Of a stretch of 64,000 nucleotides of DNA, positions 59,161-64,000 are shown in pieces. Position numbers and translations under genes: made by a program. The DNA lies in IMG/VR virus record IMGVR_UViG_3300037067_022020, positions 1-64,000 of that record, one strand, 5' to 3'. The notes under the pieces were generated by a model that saw only the letters and a program-made list of their open reading frames with translations, was not told the origin of the DNA and did no database searches. The stretch comes from a virus (taxonomy: Duplodnaviria > Caudoviricetes). Position 1 is the stretch's first letter; every line of letters begins with the position of its first letter.

Positions 59161-59997
59161 ATGAAAATATTATTCACCGGTCCTAACGGATTTATTGCCA
59201 AAAATTTAATAAATTATTATTCTAAATTTCCTTTTATAAAAATAATTGGTGTAAATAAAGAGGATCGATTAAATGAAATTTTGTATAAAGAAAAACCAGA
59301 AATAATTATACATACTGGTGCTGAAATATATAATGACGATAAAATGTTTGAATATAATGTATTATCATCAAAAGTTATTTTAGACTACTGTAAAAATAAT
59401 ACAATTGACAAATTAATTATTTTTGGAAGTTCTTCTGAATATGGAAGAAAGGAAAAATATATTAGTGAACAAGATTTTCTTGATCCGACAACATTATATG
59501 AGGCAACAAAAGGAATGGTTAGTTTACTCTCACAAGGATATGCAAATACATATAATATACCAATTACAGTAATACGGCCATTCACTATCGTAGGAAGATA
59601 TGAAAAGCCGCATAAATTGTTTCCAACATTATATCGAGCTTATAAAAAGAATGAAGAAATTCAAATTACGCAGGCCATGCATGATTATGTTTTTATTGAC
59701 GACTTTATTCGAGTATTTGATATAATTTTAAATTACAAAGAAAAAGAATTTTCGATTATAAATATTGGTTCTGGAAAGCAGACTTCTAATTTTGATATAG
59801 TAAGATCTTTTGAAAAAGTATTAGATTATAAATTTGATAAATTATATAAGTTGCAGTTAAGAAAGTTTGATTCAATGAATTGGGTTTGTAATACAATTAA
59901 ATTAAAAACAAAATATAATATAGAAATTAATACAAGTATTGAAGTTGGAATAAAAAGATTTTGCGAAGATTGCGATCAATTAAATTTATACAGATGA
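59161..59997 (+). CDS. NAD-dependent epimerase/dehydratase (SDR)
   Basis: TGPNGFIA, GSSSEYG, YEATK, RPF, DYVFIDD, NIGSG. Confidence 0.9.
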   Translation: MKILFTGPNGFIAKNLINYYSKFPFIKIIGVNKEDRLNEILYKEKPEIIIHTGAEIYNDDKMFEYNVLSSKVILDYCKNNTIDKLIIFGSSSEYGRKEKYISEQDFLDPTTLYEATKGMVSLLSQGYANTYNIPITVIRPFTIVGRYEKPHKLFPTLYRAYKKNEEIQITQAMHDYVFIDDFIRVFDIILNYKEKEFSIINIGSGKQTSNFDIVRSFEKVLDYKFDKLYKLQLRKFDSMNWVCNTIKLKTKYNIEINTSIEVGIKRFCEDCDQLNLYR

Positions 59998-60218
59998 GCT
60001 TAACAAGAGAAATATGTAGTGTCTGTGGCAATGTTGTTCGAATAGGATTTTATGTCCCGGATGATATATGGTCTAATATTATCCCATACAAAAAAAGAAA
60101 TGATAACTATTGTTTGGATTGTTTTACAAAAATAGCCGACGAAACGTTGATAGAATGGGATAAAAGTATAAAATTTTTTCCAGTTAGTCTTAAAACACAT
60201 TTAAGTAAAATTGAATGA
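59994..60218 (+). CDS. small Cys-rich protein
   Basis: CSVC...F.VPD.IW...CLDCF; ATG at 59994. Confidence 0.55.
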   Translation: MSLTREICSVCGNVVRIGFYVPDDIWSNIIPYKKRNDNYCLDCFTKIADETLIEWDKSIKFFPVSLKTHLSKIE

Positions 60219-60931
60219 AAATGAAAACAGTTGAATTAAATAGAATAGATGGGTCGGTTATTAGTATTCCATTAATTGGTAAAATAAAAGATCATTTTGG
60301 TGATGAAATTAAATATATGCAAGATTCTCCAAACTATGCATATACTATCGTGCAGCAAATAAATAATGGCATGTATAAAAAAATATTGAATAATTTACAA
60401 AATTTATTTATATTAGATATTGGAGCCAATATTGGTCTGGTTGCCCTCCATTTACTACCAAATTGTGAAAGATTAATATGCATTGAACCAACACCATCTC
60501 ATTTTGAATTATTAACAGATCTTACAAATAAAACAAAAATCGAAAATATTAACATAGCTTTATCAGATATTGATGGGGAAATAGATTTTTATTTCAGTAA
60601 AACAAATACAACAACTAATTCATTAATTAAACAGTTTAATCATGACGAATATAAAACAATAAAAACAAAAACTCTAAGCACATTAATTAAAGATTTAAAT
60701 CTTGATCATGTCGATTTTATTAAAGTTGATATAGAGGGATCCGAAATGATCGCATTAAATGAAAAGGAACTTAAAACTGTTTTTGATAAAGTTAGTTCGT
60801 ATTATGTTGAAGGTCACACAATTCAAAAAATTAGTTCAGAAGAAAATGCCAAAGAATTAGTATCCAGATTTACTAATGTTGGATACAAAGTAATGTATTT
60901 AACTTATGATTCATTCTATGCTTTTAAGTAA
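60215..60931 (+). CDS. FkbM-family methyltransferase
   Basis: LDIGANIG, IEP, IALSD.DG, IKVDIEGSE. Confidence 0.9.
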   Translation: MKMKTVELNRIDGSVISIPLIGKIKDHFGDEIKYMQDSPNYAYTIVQQINNGMYKKILNNLQNLFILDIGANIGLVALHLLPNCERLICIEPTPSHFELLTDLTNKTKIENINIALSDIDGEIDFYFSKTNTTTNSLIKQFNHDEYKTIKTKTLSTLIKDLNLDHVDFIKVDIEGSEMIALNEKELKTVFDKVSSYYVEGHTIQKISSEENAKELVSRFTNVGYKVMYLTYDSFYAFK

Positions 60932-61538
60932 ACTCGAAAAAAGAATAATTGAAATTAGTTATAAAAATAAATTATCTCATTTAAGTAGCTGTCTAACCAC
61001 GTTACCAATTCTTTTAGATATTTATGAAAATAAAAAAATAGATGAAAAACTTGTGTTATCATCTGGCCATGCAGGATTAGCTTTATATGTGGTATTAGAA
61101 CATTATTATCAAATTGATGCCGAACAACTATTAAATGATTTTGGTATTCATCCATATAAGGATATTTCGAGATATTGTTATGTTAGTTCAGGATCATTAG
61201 GATTGGGGATATTAATTGCCACAGGAATGGCTTTAGCAAATAAAAATAAAAATATTTATTGCATTATTAGTGATGGAGAATGTGCGGAAGGAAGTGTTTG
61301 GGAAGCATTAAGATTTGCAAATGAAAAAAAATTAAATAATTTAAAAATATATGTAAACATAAATGGATTTAGTGCATATGATAAAATTGATAAGAGTTAT
61401 CTAATTAATAGATTAACTATATTTCTTCCGGAAATAAATATATATATAACAAATTCTTATCGATTTGATTTTTTAAAAGGTTTGGATGCACATTATCACA
61501 TAATTACAGAACCTGAATTTAATTCTATTAAATTTTGA
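60918..61538 (+). CDS. transketolase-like TPP enzyme, N-terminal subunit
   Basis: SHLSS, LSSGHA..ALY, HP, SSGSLG.G...A.G.A, SDGECAEGSVWEA. Confidence 0.9.
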   Translation: MLLSKLEKRIIEISYKNKLSHLSSCLTTLPILLDIYENKKIDEKLVLSSGHAGLALYVVLEHYYQIDAEQLLNDFGIHPYKDISRYCYVSSGSLGLGILIATGMALANKNKNIYCIISDGECAEGSVWEALRFANEKKLNNLKIYVNINGFSAYDKIDKSYLINRLTIFLPEINIYITNSYRFDFLKGLDAHYHIITEPEFNSIKF

Positions 61539-62191
61539 ATTTATTAAAAAATCTTAATGACACAAATGGTTCTGCAGAATTAATTTTAAATTGTGCAGAA
61601 AATTGTTTAACAGAATTTGATGAAAGTCTATTTGGATGTGAAATGGGGATTGCGTATGGAGGAGGAATTGAATCAATTGGAAAGATTTGGAAAAATAGAG
61701 GTACAATCTATGGGGTCGATACATTTGAGGGGCATCCAAAATATTTAGCTGAAACTTGCAGTTATTCTAAAAAAATTGGGGGTATTAATTCATTTGCTGC
61801 GAAATGTATGGATTACTGGTATTATGTGAGGAAAGATGATTATGGAATTGAAAAAATTAAACAAGAATACATTCAATCTCAATTAGATAAACAAAAACTT
61901 GATAATGTAATTTTAATTAAAGAATTAATTACTAACCAAACAAAAATTGATTTTATACAAAAACTTCATTATGTTCTTATTGATTTAGATATACCAACAT
62001 CAATATGGGATGCATACAATTTAGTAAAAGATAAAATCGTTTCAAAAGGTTATCTATGCTTACACGATTGCCTACCAGAAAATCATATATTTGGTTGTTA
62101 TGACATTTATCAAAATATTTTAAAAGAAAATTTATTTAATATCATTAAAGAATATCCAAAAAATTTTTTAGTAATCTTAAGAAAAAAATGA
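61535..62191 (+). CDS. TylF/MycF-like O-methyltransferase
   Basis: E.G.AYGG, YGVDTFEG.P, IDLD, G....HD; TTG start. Confidence 0.75.
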   Translation: MNLLKNLNDTNGSAELILNCAENCLTEFDESLFGCEMGIAYGGGIESIGKIWKNRGTIYGVDTFEGHPKYLAETCSYSKKIGGINSFAAKCMDYWYYVRKDDYGIEKIKQEYIQSQLDKQKLDNVILIKELITNQTKIDFIQKLHYVLIDLDIPTSIWDAYNLVKDKIVSKGYLCLHDCLPENHIFGCYDIYQNILKENLFNIIKEYPKNFLVILRKK

Positions 62192-62670
62192 GACCAACTT
62201 TCGCAAAATTACTTTATGACGAGATGCAAAAAGATAAATTACTTTATTGTTTAACAGCTGATCTTGGGTATAAAATGTTTGATAAAATAAGAGATAATTT
62301 TCCTAATAATTTTTTTAACGTTGGGGCGGCTGAACAATTAATGATTGGACTTGCTATAGGTTTATCATATGAAGGGTATATTCCAATATGCTATTCTATA
62401 ACTCCATTCCTGCTTGCAAGACCATTTGAAATAATAAGAAATTATATTAATTTAGAAAAAATTCCGATAAAACTAGTTGGATCAGGCAGGAATAAAGAAT
62501 ATAAATTAGATGGGTTTTCACATTGGGCTGAAGATGATAAAATAATTTTAAATTGCTTTCCGAATATCAAATCATATTTTCCAAAAGCAAAAGAAGATTT
62601 AAAAAATATATTGGGTGAGTTTTTGTATTCTAACTCTCCAGCATTTTTAAGTTTAAGTAAAAATGGATGA
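62188..62670 (+). CDS. transketolase-like TPP enzyme, pyrimidine-binding subunit
   Basis: LTADLGY, FFNVGAAEQ.MIG.A.GL, YSITPF...RPFE.IR, G.SH.A.DD. Confidence 0.9.
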   Translation: MRPTFAKLLYDEMQKDKLLYCLTADLGYKMFDKIRDNFPNNFFNVGAAEQLMIGLAIGLSYEGYIPICYSITPFLLARPFEIIRNYINLEKIPIKLVGSGRNKEYKLDGFSHWAEDDKIILNCFPNIKSYFPKAKEDLKNILGEFLYSNSPAFLSLSKNG

Positions 62671-63599
62671 ATAAAATTGCATGCTCATTTTTCTATACTG
62701 ATGATAGATATGAATTACTCGCAAATATAGCTATTTCTAGTTTTAAGACATTTCATCCTGATATTGATGTTTTTATTTTTAATAAAGCAATCATCGACCA
62801 GGAACTAGTTTTAGATTATACAGCTGGTTATTGTAAATTTTTTTATGCAAGAACATTATTTGATAAGGGATATGATAAAGTAATTAGTCTCGGTGTAGAT
62901 ACGATAACTTGTGGAAAACTCGACGAATTTTTAAATAATAATGAAGATGTATTAACAAGTTTGGATTTTAATTATGCTATTACATTTAATGGAATTCATA
63001 TTCCGGCTGATAAACATATAAATGCTGATGTTGTTTGCTTTAATAATAAAGAGATTATTGATGAATGTCTTTTATTAATGAAAGAATATCCAAATGAGTA
63101 TTTTGAACAAGGAGCATTAAATCAAATTTTAGTTTTTGATAATATTAAATATACATCAAAAATAGTTGATAAAAATGCAGAGGTGGTATATAATAATCGA
63201 TTATATGAAATTGATCCATTAAAATCGATTTGGGGATATCATAAAACATATCCTTATAATTTTAAAATAGAAAATAATAATTTAATATCACCAACAAATA
63301 AAATTATTAAAATAATTCATTTGGTAAGAGGGTTTGGGTGTTTAAATAAAGATCAATTCATCCGCGAAGTTAATCTTTGCAAAACAACTATTTTTAATGA
63401 GCAAACAAAAAATTTTCTTATTTCAATATGTGGAATCAACGAAAATTGGTTTACAGAAAAAATGAAACCAGAAGATTGGCCAAATGATTTAATATTAAAC
63501 TTAAAAAAAGTTCCATCCGGATTTCCATCAGGAAGAAAATTAAATTTTAATAAACATTTAGATATTTCATCATATTTAAACGAAAAACTAAAAAAATGA
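62667..63599 (+). CDS. GT8-like glycosyltransferase
   Basis: SFK.FHPD, YDKVI.LG.D, INADVV, EQG.LN, IIH. Confidence 0.7.
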   Translation: MNKIACSFFYTDDRYELLANIAISSFKTFHPDIDVFIFNKAIIDQELVLDYTAGYCKFFYARTLFDKGYDKVISLGVDTITCGKLDEFLNNNEDVLTSLDFNYAITFNGIHIPADKHINADVVCFNNKEIIDECLLLMKEYPNEYFEQGALNQILVFDNIKYTSKIVDKNAEVVYNNRLYEIDPLKSIWGYHKTYPYNFKIENNNLISPTNKIIKIIHLVRGFGCLNKDQFIREVNLCKTTIFNEQTKNFLISICGINENWFTEKMKPEDWPNDLILNLKKVPSGFPSGRKLNFNKHLDISSYLNEKLKK

Positions 63600-64000
63600 A
63601 TATACTAATTACTGGGGGTGCAGGGTATATTGGAAGTGTTTTAGTCAATAAACTTATTACCCTTTCGAATGAAACAAATTATTCAGAAAAAAAATCTGGG
63701 AGAATTTCTAGTTTTGATGAAGCAAGCCATTTTGTAGAATCAGGTGATATTGTCGTTTTCGATAATTTAATGTATCATCAGACAACTCTTACTGAACATT
63801 GTTATAGATCAAATTTTAAATTTATTTATGGAGATATAAGAGATAAGGAATCATTGAAAAAACAGGTCGAACAAGCCGATATAATTATTCCTTTAGCCGC
63901 TCTTGTTGGATTCCCAATATGTGAAAAACTTCCGCAACAAGCAGTAGAAATAAATTATAAACAAATAGAAGATATAATTTCTTTTTGTAATAATAATCAG
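63596..64000 (+). CDS. NAD-dependent epimerase/dehydratase, truncated by window end
   Basis: MNILITGGAGYIGSVL...DNLMY...GDIRD...IIPLAALVG.P.C. Confidence 0.9.
   Translation, partial: MNILITGGAGYIGSVLVNKLITLSNETNYSEKKSGRISSFDEASHFVESGDIVVFDNLMYHQTTLTEHCYRSNFKFIYGDIRDKESLKKQVEQADIIIPLAALVGFPICEKLPQQAVEINYKQIEDIISFCNNNQ

Noticed and set aside
1-64000. Minus-strand ORFs in the track (e.g. 2968..3321, 4285..4641, 15662..16000, 48285..48593) and short nested + ORFs
   Set aside because: They are shadows of well-supported + strand genes and have no recognisable motifs.
1-64000. Stop-codon reassignment, as seen in some large phages
   Set aside because: Core genes are full length in code 11, and TAG and TGA end genes at expected positions (helicase TAG, thyX TGA, groEL TGA).
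1-64000. Bacterial chromosome origin (groEL, recA, folE, LPS-like genes)
   Set aside because: The T4-like PolB, clamp, loaders, SSB and helicase, the many small orphans and the single-strand gene packing indicate a large phage.
1-64000. tRNA or rRNA genes
   Set aside because: No cloverleaf or T-loop pattern was seen in the few intergenic gaps; tRNAscan-SE would be needed to exclude them formally.

Overview
This is a very AT-rich, gene-dense segment of a T4-like jumbo/huge dsDNA phage. All credible genes lie on the + strand and read in the standard code. The host is probably Bacteroidota/FCB (Bacteroides-type NrdJ and Hc1, mostly A-rich starts without a Shine-Dalgarno sequence). Layout: (1) 1-5.5 kb, small accessory ORFs, an HD phosphohydrolase and ThyX. 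(2) 5.6-16 kb, replication/recombination core (gp32-like SSB, RecA/UvsX, 5'-3' flap exonuclease, helicase, class II RNR). (3) 20.8-31.8 kb, family B DNA polymerase, clamp and clamp loaders interleaved with a 7-deazaguanine pathway (QueD, FolE, QueE, QueC-like, TGT/DpdA-like). (4) GroES/GroEL and nucleases. (5) About 38-64 kb, a large island of glycosyltransferases, sugar-modifying enzymes and methyltransferases that runs off the window end. The top candidate for a new system is a tightly coupled four-gene unit, myo-inositol-1-phosphate synthase + HAD phosphatase + divergent QueC + TGT/DpdA. It sits behind its own promoter-like motif and a structured leader, and suggests an inositol-linked deazaguanine modification (hypothesis). 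Other notable signals: a gene-32-style pseudoknot operator before the SSB, dispersed proteins with a capsid-targeting-like N-terminal leader (one with an ADP-ribosyltransferase-like fold), a ~70-aa insertion in PolB, an orphan LRR-repeat fragment, and two frameshifted genes. All calls come from motif recognition by eye; no searches were run.
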